NCBI GenBank assembly: GCA_977030845.1
Contig: OZ365115.1
Coordinates: 10,540,001-10,604,000 of the forward strand
Source: Fimbriosthenelais zetlandica
Lineage: Eukaryota
Direction: 5' to 3'
Length of the DNA stretch: 64,000 bases
In this document: piece by piece, positions 12,701 through 24,600 of the stretch
Layout of the letters: each line of letters starts with the position of its first letter
How positions within the stretch are numbered: the stretch's first letter is position 1
Translations under genes and position numbers: made by a program
Notes under the pieces: generated by a model
Told to the model about the DNA's origin: nothing
Database searches by the model: none
The model's input: only the letters and a program-made list of their open reading frames with translations

Positions 12701-12760
12701 CAATTGATATAATTTACCCGAAACCAGCAAGATGAGTAGAGAAGCAGCTCCTGGACCCAT
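6764..12760 (-). CDS. Secreted 4xIg + 2xC-type lectin protein, copy B (complete, about 842 aa, 15 exons)
   Basis: Exons 12718-12760, 12302-12436, 11947-12184, 11684-11823, 11290-11527, 10998-11137, 10607-10844, 10259-10398, 9683-9923, 9220-9347, 8519-8740, 8219-8295, 7840-7942, 7400-7651, 6764-6957. Sum is 2529 nt (843 codons), phases are consistent, ends ...CRRPSWVSDEQ*. No transmembrane segment seen. Confidence 0.9.
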
Positions 12761-13571
12761 GTCAAGTCTTCTATACAACAAATGTCCTTTCACGTTCAGT
12801 CAGACAACTGAAACTACGCCAGTTATATAGCTCGATGTGTAATCTTGCCATGTATACATATGTCAGCGTTCACAAAATTTTTGTATTCGTTATGCTTAAA
12901 TTCGTGTTCCGATTAGCACTATAGGAGATTGTAGGATAATGTGATTGGAAGGGACTTATTTTTTGTGTGTTCTGTAATCTCAACATCGGAACAGTTTCAC
13001 AAGAGACATAAAGATATAATTGTACTGGAGCACATAGCATGATTATTAGTTATAGAGTTAGTAGGCTATGGGCTAAACCGTTTTCAATGAAACAGACCCC
13101 AGCTATTCATGGGAACTGAACAGCCATTTAAGAGCTGGTCAGCATACAGGGAACGCCTTCATTTCGATAACACTGGCGGATGACAAATTGATATGATATG
13201 GAAGGCTAAAGATTATTATTTTGTGTTAGTAAACATAAACATGTACATTTAGACTACACTTAGAATAATTCACCTGCATTAAACCATGATACTCAGGGGC
13301 GAAGGAAACAGGGGGCACAGGGGCTATGGTCCCCTACCACAGAATTTGGGAGGCACAGTGCCCCCACCCCACCCCATCTCCAACCCCAACACCAATCAGT
13401 ACTATTAACTTGTCATAATTCATCGGAATTGCCCTCCGATTAATATTGAAAAAAATATTTAGGTCCCTCCGCACTCCCCTCAGAAACTCAAATGACAAAA
13501 ACACAACGCCCAACTCAAGACTGCTATAGGCCGAAAAAATATGTCGTGATCCAGGGAAAAGCGACTTACAA

Positions 13572-13636
13572 GACAGGGAATAGAAACCCAGTCTTTAGCG
13601 TCCCGCGCCGCTGTCTTACCTCTAGACTACCTGGCT
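13572..13636 (-). mobile_element. Degenerate tRNA-derived head, mirror copy of 15740-15803
   Basis: Reverse complement reads gccaggtagtctagaggtaagac...ctgggtttctattccctgtc: A-box intact, B-box mutated. Confidence 0.55.
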
Positions 13637-15739
13637 CACAGGTAAGTCTACTACATCCCCACACATTTAGCCTGAACCGACCAGGACAAGTATTTATAAT
13701 TATTTCGCCCCCGGGCCCCCTCCCTGGCCCCAATCTCCACCCCAATCCCCATGTCTATCCCTAGAACTCCCTTCAAAACCACCAGCCCGATTCGAAACGG
13801 CTAACCTGTTAAAATTCCTTGGAATAGCCCACTCTGTAGGTACTGCCCATAGGCTCCAATGTTAAAAAATATTTAGCCCCCCGGACCCCTCCCCGGCCCC
13901 CAACCTCCACCCCAACCCCCATGTCCAACCCCATCACCCATCCCAACACCCTCCTAAAAATTCAGCCCGATCCTATGCTTTTAACCCATCTAAATCCCTT
14001 GAATTCATCAAAAGTGTCCCGCCCATAGGCTCAATGTTAAAAGTCACTCACGATTACAGGAATGTGTTCCACAGAGCCGGTTTGCTAGCCCACACCAATC
14101 GGCTCTTTCTCTACTTGATATGTATTATTTTCACTCGAAACGACGGTTCTGTATGACTTATGATCTCTACTGATAAATATCAAAAGAGCAGAGACGTAAA
14201 ACGAGGATAACACCGATTTCTGCGATATTGCAAATCGGCCTTACGTATACCGGCCTATAATTTGGCCTTTTAAAAACCTTAACAGCGCCCTCTCAGTAAA
14301 AGTCTAAAAAGTTGAATAACTCTGTAAATAATGGGTCTAAAATTACAATTCAAACGGATTATTCTTAGTTGGGAGATCCTTCAGATGTCTATGTGGTTTT
14401 TGTTCCAATAAAATTTGTTTAAAATTTCTGATTTTCAAAATGGCCTGAATTTCTTCATTTAGCATTGGAGTCAATGGAAGGAGGCGGCCGAGCGCATGTG
14501 GCGACCCGAGATGCCGTTGCGGCGAAAACGTGAACTACTATAGCCTACGGCAGCCAGCATAGTAGAATCTTAGAGCATGGCCTGTGTGACAAGCCTCGCC
14601 TTCCAGCCGGGATAGAGACTTGGGGCTCAGGGCCTAGGTGGATGTCGGGCGTTGGATCGGGTGGTGGTTGGGGGGGGGGGGGGGGGTGGGGGGGGGGGGG
14701 GGCAGGACAAAATAAAAGAACAAAGTCTAAAACCCGTAGGCCTATAAGCCTAAATGTTAATTTTGCCCTCAATCCCACCACCAATCTTACTCACTCCTCA
14801 TACCCCGAATCCCAAGTATTATCCCACTCCACTCCTATAAGGCCTATAGCCAGGGCAGGAATAGGTATCATTCGCTTGATCATAGTAATGTAGTTCATCT
14901 TTTTGCCGCTGCTAATCTCGAGCCCCAAGTTGTTCCCGGCTGGAAAGCGAGTTTTTTTTATTCAGGCTATATGCTGGCTTGTACATGGTAGTTCACGTTT
15001 TCGCCGCTAGGGCATCTCGGGTCGCCACATGCGCTCGGCCGCCTGCTTCCATTGACTCCAATGCTAAATGAAGAAATTCAGTCCATTTTGAAAATCAGAA
15101 ATTTTAAACGAATTTTATTGGAACAAAAATCACATAGACATATGACACGTCTCCCAACTAAGAATAATCCATTTGAATTGTAATTTTAGACCCATTATTT
15201 ACAAAGTTATTCAACTTTTTCGACATTTAGTGAGAGGGCGCTGTTAAGGTTTTTAAAAGGCCAAATTATAGGCCGGTATACGCAAGGCCGATTGGTCAAC
15301 TTCTTAGAAATCGGTGTTATCCTCGTTTTGCGTCTCTGCTCTTTTGATATTTATCAGTAGAGGTCATAAGTCATGGATAACCGTGGTTTCGAGTGAAAAT
15401 AACAGATATTAATAGAGAAGGAGCCGATTGGAGTGGACTGGCAAACCGGCTCTGTAGCACACATCCATGTAATCGTGAGTGACTTTTAACATTGAGCCTA
15501 TGGGAGGGACACTTTTGCTGAATTCAAGGGATTTAGACAGGTTAGAAGCAACGAATCGAGCTGACATTTTGGGAGGGAGTTTGGGTGGGTGCTGGGGGTA
15601 GACATGGGGGTTTGGATGGAGGTTGGGGGCCGGGGAGGGGTCCGGGGGCTAATTTTTTTTTAACATTGGAGCCTATGGGCAGTACCTACACAATAGGCGG
15701 TCCAGGCTAAATTTGAAGGGTGTGGTATACGGACCTGTG

Positions 15740-15803
15740 AGCCAGGTAGTCTAGAGGTAAGACATAGACCTGGAACGCGAGGGTCTGGGGTTCGATTCCC
15801 GTC
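15740..15803 (+). mobile_element. tRNA-derived (SINE-head-like) sequence, not a functional tRNA
   Basis: A-box/D-arm TAGTCTAGAGGTAAGAC and B-box GGTTCGATTCCC; acceptor and anticodon stems do not pair. Confidence 0.65.
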
Positions 15804-18699
15804 TAATTAACCGTTTTACTGCCGCAAGGGTAGCTGCACAATATTATTTACACGGCCTAGCAGTGTTGATTTGCTATTTGTTTTTCGTGTGAGTTGCCGT
15901 GCATGGGGAGGGGAGTGGGGTTGGGGGCTGATTAGTTTTTCTTCATTTATCGGAAGACAAAAGTTTAAAGGTTAAATAGTGTATGTTCCACTCAATACAG
16001 TGGCGGAACCGGGATCCTGTTGAGGTACTGTCCGCCCCCGCCCTCACCATTATATGGATGTGTGCTATAAAGTCGGTTTGCCAGTCCACTCCAATCGGCT
16101 CTTTATCTACTGAAAGTGCGTTAAAAACGCCCTGCGCCTGTTCAAAGGCGCCCCGAACGTTCGCCGAACGCCAACTGCATGGACATTGCATTTAGTGTCA
16201 TTACATTAGAGAGCGAGACAGAAAATTAATCCATCTGTTTTAATCTTTTATTGAATAAAGTGGTACCGTATTGTTGCCTTGAAGGCTGTGTGCATACATT
16301 TTCTCCAGTAATTTTCAAACCTTTAATACAGGCCGACGACGATGTCTTCATGTTTCACGACAACTCTGGACTTCACTTCGTGGCATCACATGTTAAGTCT
16401 CGGGCGTATAAAACACCATACCTAAGGTTCCCATTATAGGCCTATAAGATCATATCATAATATTCATGAGGAATCAATCCAAAATTATATTACCCTCCGT
16501 TGTGTTCAAGCCCTCAATAATGTGGAAGGCAATAATTGGGTTAATTTTGCTTGTTAAACTAGGAGGCCTACAGCGTCTTTTCCTTAGTTCTTTACCTACA
16601 TTTCGAACGGTAGCCTATTGCAATGGAACATTAGACGAAAATATTGGACAATTTTGGGTAAATAGCCTATAGATGTTACTTTAACAATATGAACATTGAA
16701 ACGGCCAGTTAATATTCCAGAATAAAATATTAGAAATTTAGTATATAGTACAGTGGTGGAAAAGTACAGAATTCGGCACATTTCACTTGGTTTTGATGCA
16801 GCCCAATTATCTTTCTTAAACAATATTTAGCAGGAAAGATTGTTAGGTTCACATAATGATAATCTGTTATATTATTGCACAATGGTTTCATGATATGCTT
16901 AGTAAAATGACTTTGTAAGAGCTAGTACGTACAATCCGTCCTACGATACGTGGCATATGACCCCCAATGTCCTCACTATTTCAGTATAAATTAATTAATC
17001 GTATTAATTATAAACAGCCATTTTTACAGGCAGAATAATGGTATCATTTTTCTAGTTTCTATCAATGAGAATTGTCCCATTTCTCTACTTTTTCTGGACA
17101 CCAGTGAGTTGGTCAAACAAATAAAATTGGGTGAATATAATACATAAATAAAGTGCTGCTTCGTAATAATAGAAGATGAAAATATTAATTCACAAAAGAA
17201 GGTAGATGTAAGCTGGGCCACAATTACTAAGTTATATGATCCATGGTACATAACGAGGAACCGATCAATTTCAATTCTCATGTATTTACATAGACAGACC
17301 ATTCTGCAATCCAGTTTAGAACAATAAGATATATACACCTTTTTCTATCATCCCTGCAGTAAAACTGAAAGAACGTTCACATCTTCTGCCGTGTTTCACG
17401 AATATATAAAAATCAATATAATACAATAAATGAACCGCATTTAACTGTGACATAATTCCTTTTATGATAGGAGCACAAATGTGGTAAATTAAGTATGTTT
17501 GAAAGAGCAACCAACATCACATATAATTTGACCAAGATATCACTTGCCATGATTTGTGACAAAAAACTATAAATACACTAAAGTATAGAGTGCAGATAGA
17601 TTCTTAACCTAGAATACTCATAAATAAACTTTGATTTATACAACGTTCTGAGAATGACAACTCTGTGACTATTCCTGACTTGCTCCATCAAATAATCAGA
17701 TGGTTTCTACATACTCAGATTGAAATTTAGTTAAAAGAAACACGCAATGTAATACTCATTAAAACCTTTTGAAAACATTAAGTAAAAAGCGAAATGCTCG
17801 CAACATGCAACGATAAAAAGGGAATGGCTCAAGGAAACTAAAAACTCTCAATTCGGGATAGTCTCAAATATAATAACATCGTAGGCACAATATATCAAGA
17901 AAATAAATTAGAAATACTTAAAAACAATTGAACGTTCTGTGAGTGAGGTCCTATTATAATTTACATACAAAAGCTGTTGAGTGAAATTTGTGTACAGCAT
18001 CTACCTTCTACTATTACAATTTCGATACCCATAAAAACAAGAGAAAGGTAGATGGGAATAATCCAAATTAATCTGAAATTAATCAACAAACTAAATGCAA
18101 GTGAAGGAAGAAGAAACTCAGCAGAAATAAAAATGCAAAGACAGACTGCTACATTTGGCTAATTGCTCAAGACATAGTATCATTGTACAGTAGTAACCAT
18201 TTTGAGAATAAGCTCACAGCACAATTTTAGTAAATATTTTTTTTAAATGTATAGCTTTATAATTATGAACACAGTGCTAAGTCAAATCGGAAAGTGCTGA
18301 AGGAAGCATACATGGCAGGCTTAGTTAAAGCAATTGGTTTGTATGTCTCTATCCAGTATAGTGTGTCTGCATCTCACTCTAAATCCAACAGGCAAAACCA
18401 GTAAATATTTGTTATCCTTATGCCTTGCACAATTCTACGTTCATGTTCATTCTACGAAGGCTTCAAGAGTTTAATAGAGAGATAAGCTGAAGCTACCAGT
18501 ACCTGCCCTTCCAGGAAAAATAGAATTACTCAAGTCCTATACAGCAGGAAAAGTGGTAGTTGCTGTCATTGCAGGACAGGAAGAGGTGAGAAGAGGAGGA
18601 GTAGGAAGAGAATGAGGAAGAAGAGAAGGTGTTGGATTGTCCAGCTAATCTAGTGAGAGAGGCAGGAAGTATGAAACCCCCACTCCACTCCCGGCCAGG

Positions 18700-21600
18700 C
18701 TACTCATTCTCTGACAAGTCAGAAGCCATTTCAAAGGTATCGTTTTGCTTCCAAAGACTCATAGTCCGATCACTGCAAACAAGACAAGGAGAAAGGTTAA
18801 GAGCAATAACGAGACATCAAACAATGTAATCTGGACAACATGCTTCCTTCAACATGCAAAAACCAAGCCAAAGATGGGAGTCTAACTATAATGGGCCGCA
18901 GTGGAAATATAAGACTTCAAGGGGATCACTTTTCGCTCGAGGGCTTGGGTGGTACTGCAGTTTTGAAGGCTAGCTCACCGAGTGGATCTTCAAGAATTGT
19001 GGCATTATATTGGTTAGGACATAGACATGTACATAAGCTGATTTATTATAAGAATACATCCTCTCACTTCATAGAACAATGACTGTCTTCTAGCGTAACT
19101 AAATACCACTATATATTTTCCCTCCCAAAATCCCATACAAATTATATGAAGTTCTTAAGAGTAGTCATAACACTTAAATCTGCCTTAACTCCTCATACAT
19201 GGTGAATATGTCAAATCTTAAAGGTAGGAATGAAAGATCTTATCTCGCTTAATTAGGCTTAACAGAAATCAAAAGGATGTTGTTTGAGTACAGATCAGGT
19301 ACAGTATGACATAGTTAGGGTATGTCTACATGAATGGTTACAAGAGAATACTGAAGCCAACCGGATTAAACTTAACGATATTCTAAATGCACTTGTTATG
19401 CTTTGACTCATTTCTAACATACATTTTTTTCTGTTTTGAGTATTTTAAAACCGACCCAAATGCATGATTCTTCGAACGTGAAAATTCACAATGGAATGAA
19501 GATTCTATTAAATGGTTAACAGTCTGGACCATTGGGATGGAACATTCCTAGAAATTCCTTATAAAAATCGCTGGCTTCAGCATATAGATAAGATGTTCAG
19601 TAATTACTTGATTTGAACCACTTAATAACACACAGTTAATAAATCTTTTGGTATTTGATTTTACATTAATATTCTTCATGGAATAAACTATATCACACAG
19701 AAGCAATCATTACAAGCCTCTGATATTCTAGTGTCTTTGGTTATGAATTGCATTTCCACAGTTTATGCGTTAGCTGTATGGAGCAATAATAAGAACAGGA
19801 TGAAGTACATTTTTCTTTTAGATGAACACATCTTCAGGCATACAGTCCCATGACGGTTCCCACAATTTGATACCCGATTCACTGCGAATGCAGAAAGAAA
19901 CATGAAAAGTGAAAAAAGTAACCATTAACTTCAAGCCTTCACGACGCCAACATGCAGATAAACGATAGATAAACGACATATATAGACTACAGGGAATTGG
20001 TGGTTTCTATCATTCAATTACAATTGCTACTAAAGTTTACAAAATGTTGATATGTCTTAGGTTTGTAATTGTTTTTTCTTTATTTCGAAAATCCAAGTTC
20101 TTCAGTATAATTGATCAATGAATTTCAATTTGCACATGGATTAAGTGTGAGTGAAAAAAATAAATGTGATTTTTAGAAGAATAATTATATCATGCATGAG
20201 CTGGCAGAATGAACTCCCGTGTTTTAGAAGGAGACAGTGGAAAGTGGCAAGAAGTACGATGAAGAAATAAAACAAAAATAACTAAGACCCAAAATATTTT
20301 GATGTATGAAATATTCAAATTGAAAGTGAAGGAAATAAATCAAATCTAAAATAGAAACATCGATTAAACACATAGCAACTTATATTTTGCCTATATGTCA
20401 AACAATATTTTAAACAACGACCAAACAACCACAATTCGTAACGGCAACAAAAAGCAGTGAGGAAAGATGGATTGAATACTGAAGGAGAGGTCTGACAAAA
20501 TGTCAAGCTGGGTAAAAGCTCATAAACCAAGCAAAATCACAAAGTAATCCAAAGAGAGAAGCAAAGGTTTTTTTTTTCAGCGAAAGCTCTTTCATATAAG
20601 CAACAAAGCAAGATCAACACAGGTCAAGATCAAAACGGTGTCCTAACAAAATCTTTCCAATCATTCTTAAGGTAAATCCTTACAAATATGTAACTATAAA
20701 TTTCAAACTTCAGCCAAAACGTAAGACATAATATACAGACTTAAGTACATGTATATATTTCATAACTTAAATTCTAGCTTAAACAGCGTACACTAAAACA
20801 TGGAGTGCCATGCAGGGAAGACAAATATCACAAGAATGTCACAAATTTAAACAAAAATGATCTACAAAATTGAAGGTATACTTACTTAGAAGCGGTAAAG
20901 ATGAGAGAGGAGTTGGTAGTAATGGCGTTGATTGGGGACTTGTGGGCGTGGATTTCACCTAACTGTTGACAGCTGTCTATATGCCAGACTTTAAGGTAAC
21001 CTCCGCGACAACCTGACAGCAGACAGTTACCGCCCGGCATAAAGGCCAACCCACAGATCCAGTCCTTGTGTGAACTGTTAATCGACTGTCAGAAGAGAAA
21101 GAAATACATTCATGATTATATTATCTATATGATTTACCCAAAATTTAAAGGAATGCCAAACACTTGGTATACAGTTATTATTCCTAGGTAGTTCTGAACT
21201 TAGTTGATTTCCCTACAAATTATAGCTGGCTAAATCAATTCCTGAACATGATAAGTCTCCCCAGTCAAAGGGCAGCCATATTTTTTCATCAAGTGTTTAG
21301 CATCCCTTTAATTGTACATGTGTATTAAATACACTAGGTAAACTGGACATCTTTCTTTTTAAGAAATCTTGACAGATGTGGACATCAGAAGATCTTTATA
21401 AGAGATTTGTTAGAAGATAATAACTTACGTATTGGAGCTTTTGTTCAGCCAAGTCCCACTTTTTGATACAGGAGTCCCGGGAGCCTGAGAAGAGTAGGTC
21501 TCCACCGAGACAGAGTGACTGTATACCGTCATAATGTGGTGGCTCCAGGTTGTACTTGGGTGTCATTACTCCTACTGAATCTTCCTCCATCTCAAAGACC

Positions 21601-24600
21601 TGCAATATAGGATAAAAAATATCAAATTGCATCAATAAAATAATTACCAACATACCTAAATGTCTAAAGATTTATGCTTACAAGAAGGAAATAACCACAA
21701 GACACGAAACAAAGTTGAGATAGCAGATTTAAGCAGAATTTTGATGAAGTAAAATAGTGATTTTTCCTTACCTTGATATAATGGTCCTTGGATCCTGTCA
21801 CCACACAGATATTACCATCAGCTGTATCAGTGTCATCTACAGCGAGAACCATGACAGCAGCTTGATGTCCTCCTGACAGCTTACCCACTGGTTTAAACCT
21901 GAACAAAACAAAATAGTTTTACATCAGAAAATAGTTTTACATCAGAAAATAACATAGACGCATCGAATGACATATACAGGCCTATATATATCATCCACAG
22001 AAATTAAAGATACTTTCATTTTGAGAGAAAACGAATACGAAGTCAATGAATAGACTACATTCTTCTGGTAAACTAGTGGATTATTTTTGTCTTCATTTAG
22101 CCCAGTATTACGTACATTCTCATGTCCCATATCCTGACAGTATTGCCGGCAGCAGAGTAGAGTACAGTGCCTGTAGAGTTGAGTTGGATGTCGTTGATCT
22201 GGGTCTCGCCGGCGGGGCACGAGACCTGACGAGACGAGGTATTAATCTGTAACGGTCCATCAATCAGCATCCCCGATGACCTGAAACACACATTATACTT
22301 AGATAGTACACTCCTGAGGACGTTGGTGCACGATTTTAGCCTGCACAAGTTTTGTTTTGACTCCATTTTAACTATTTTGTCTCGGTCATGGCCTGTCCAA
22401 AGCAAGGCACGGTATGATGGTTTTTAATGCTAGTTAGAATATCATCAAATATCATGTCAAATCTGTTATACCTGTTACTGATATCAAATGAAACTTTTAT
22501 GTATTAGCTTTTAGTTTTACTCGATCTTGTGATATTTTTTTCATCCAGGAGTTTTTAGTTCCGGTGTTTCTCGATTTTCTACCTGCAAATGATTTTAATA
22601 CAGTACCTAAAAGCAAATAAAAATATAAATACACTAACCAGCGTTCCTATATGCTATCATATAGACCTACTCTACCTATCTGCACCCTTTTAGATTATGT
22701 AAGCTCACGTAATAATAAAGTGACCGTGCGCTGGCGCCCTCACAGCAATATACGGCAAAGTTCGGAACTAACGCTCGATGGGCCGTCGATAGCAATATTC
22801 AAACGGCGTTTGTAGATTTACCCAATTCGGCCAAGATTGATATTAGCCGTACTGGTAGATTTTTCCATGGAGAATTTGTCACATCCCCTGTTGGCTGTAA
22901 ACCGATAAATGGCGAGAAAATGGAAGCAGTGTTGTTGTTGTGATCGATAATAGGGGGGTTGGAGGCTACTTCCGGGGGTCGGTAAGTGGATCTTAAAAGT
23001 TGACCGTCCTGTGGCGGCCTCGGGTCCTATACGGTAAACGAAGGAACTAAGATAAGTTCACTTTCGGCCCCATGCTACTACCCCACCACCGGCAAAATTA
23101 GGAACTAATATCGCTCGGGCGTCGCTTGGAATTTTCAGACGGCGTTTATAGAATTATGAAAGCACCTAAATGAACCAAAACTGAAATACGTCGGTAGATT
23201 TTCATGAAGAATTTATCGCATCCAAAAAAATAGAGCCTATAGGCTTACAGCCAGAGAATGAAGCCAATGATTTTGTTGTGAGCGATAATAGAGGCTTTGG
23301 CGGCTACTTCCGGAAGTCACTTGAAAAAATGGTGCAAAAACAGCGGTTGTAATGGGTAGAGCGCCACGGTTCCTGCGAAAGCCGCGTGATGGCATCACAA
23401 ACAAAATGGCGGCTGTCAGATTGACGTTGGGTGCAGTAGAACGAACTTCTCGCATCATTTAGCGATTTTCTAACCACAAACTCCGTCTATTGCAGGTATA
23501 AACACTTATTGTCTATTTACATGTTGTGTTTTGAGCCCATTGAACTGAAATATATCTCAGAAAACGCTGCTTGAAGTTTTGACAGGTGCGACTACCCCAC
23601 CACCGGCAAATCTGGGAACTAATAGTCAATGCTAAGTCAATGGAGCACCGCTTGGAATTTTCAGACAGCGTTTATAGATGTATGAAAGCACCTACATGAA
23701 CCAAAATTGAAATCCGTCGGTAGATTTAAGGTACATCTACTGAATTGACTTCTAAACTTTGTCTAAACCTCCCTAAACTTTGCCATAGATTCCTCAAAAT
23801 CTGAACCCACTTGAGCAGCGAGCTGCTGGGGTACACATTCTACCCCAGCTCAGATTTGAGTAAAATTTTCAGTTATACTTGAATAGATATACTCACACTA
23901 AGGTTTTGATGCATTTCTGCCCCTCACGTACATCCCACAGTTTGACAAAGTAAGTGGAGGCGGTGTAGACAAGCTTGGTGTCCTCACTATAGCGTACCTG
24001 ACCTACATTATTAGGATGACCTTCCAAGGTCAAGATCTCCTCACCTGTTGTCAGATCCCAAACCTTTGCTGTCCGATCTGAAAAAACAACAGTAAATATT
24101 AAAAAAACTATGCTAAAATAGCTGGGATTAAAAGTAGGGGTGGGGTGTTCGGATGCTATCAGAGCGTTTCAACGTCTGTTTCTCAATTATTTTTTCCCCT
24201 AAAACTAGATTTCCACTTTACCTTTGCTGCTACTGAAGAGAAGGTCTTCAGTGGCAAATACAGACAGCACGGCTTTGGTATGGCCCTCCGCAGTGTGGGA
24301 ATGGACGAGTGGACTGGACTTCAACGGCAATGGTTTAGGCAACACCGGCATGATGCTCCCTCTGATGACACGGACAAAACAAGGTCATTACTTATACTGC
24401 TAGAAAAATCGTCATTTAAATAAGGATAAATTAACACATTTGACAGTGATTTCAATTTTCCAAATAATAAAAAATAAAAAAATAGAAAATTAATTATCAT
24501 TCGTAGCAAAAATAAAACAAAATTACTCATGATTTCAAATTATTCTGTGGGGAGCCAAGGCCTCTATTTTAGACTTAAATACTAAAAAGTTGGTAAAATG

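Larger units (their letters stand above)
1..13230. repeat. Tandem segmental duplication: 1-~6456 is homologous to 7188-~13229
   Basis: Position 1 (cagctagaaacctatgtctag) recurs at 7188. Homology continues through exons and most introns to taaagattattattttgtgtta at about 6456 and 13229. Confidence 0.95.
13572..15803. repeat. Large imperfect inverted repeat / foldback (arms ~13572-14630 and ~14918-15803, spacer of about 290 bp containing poly-G)
   Basis: Arms align in reverse complement over hundreds of bp, e.g. agcattggagtcaatggaag at 14461 vs cttccattgactccaatgct near 15047, and gtaggtactgcccataggctccaatgttaaaa at 13837 vs 15659-15689. The left arm also has an internal degenerate duplication (~13690-14000). 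Confidence 0.92.

Noticed and set aside
14545-14893. Pro-rich and Gly-rich ORFs in the palindrome spacer
   Set aside because: Translations of the poly-G tract.
15740-15803. Functional tRNA gene
   Set aside because: Acceptor and anticodon stems cannot pair; only the A/B boxes and D-arm remain.
16466-16672. ORF with a hydrophobic or LRR-like stretch (GGLQRLFLSSLP)
   Set aside because: Only 68 aa, a single weak motif, and no supporting splice structure.
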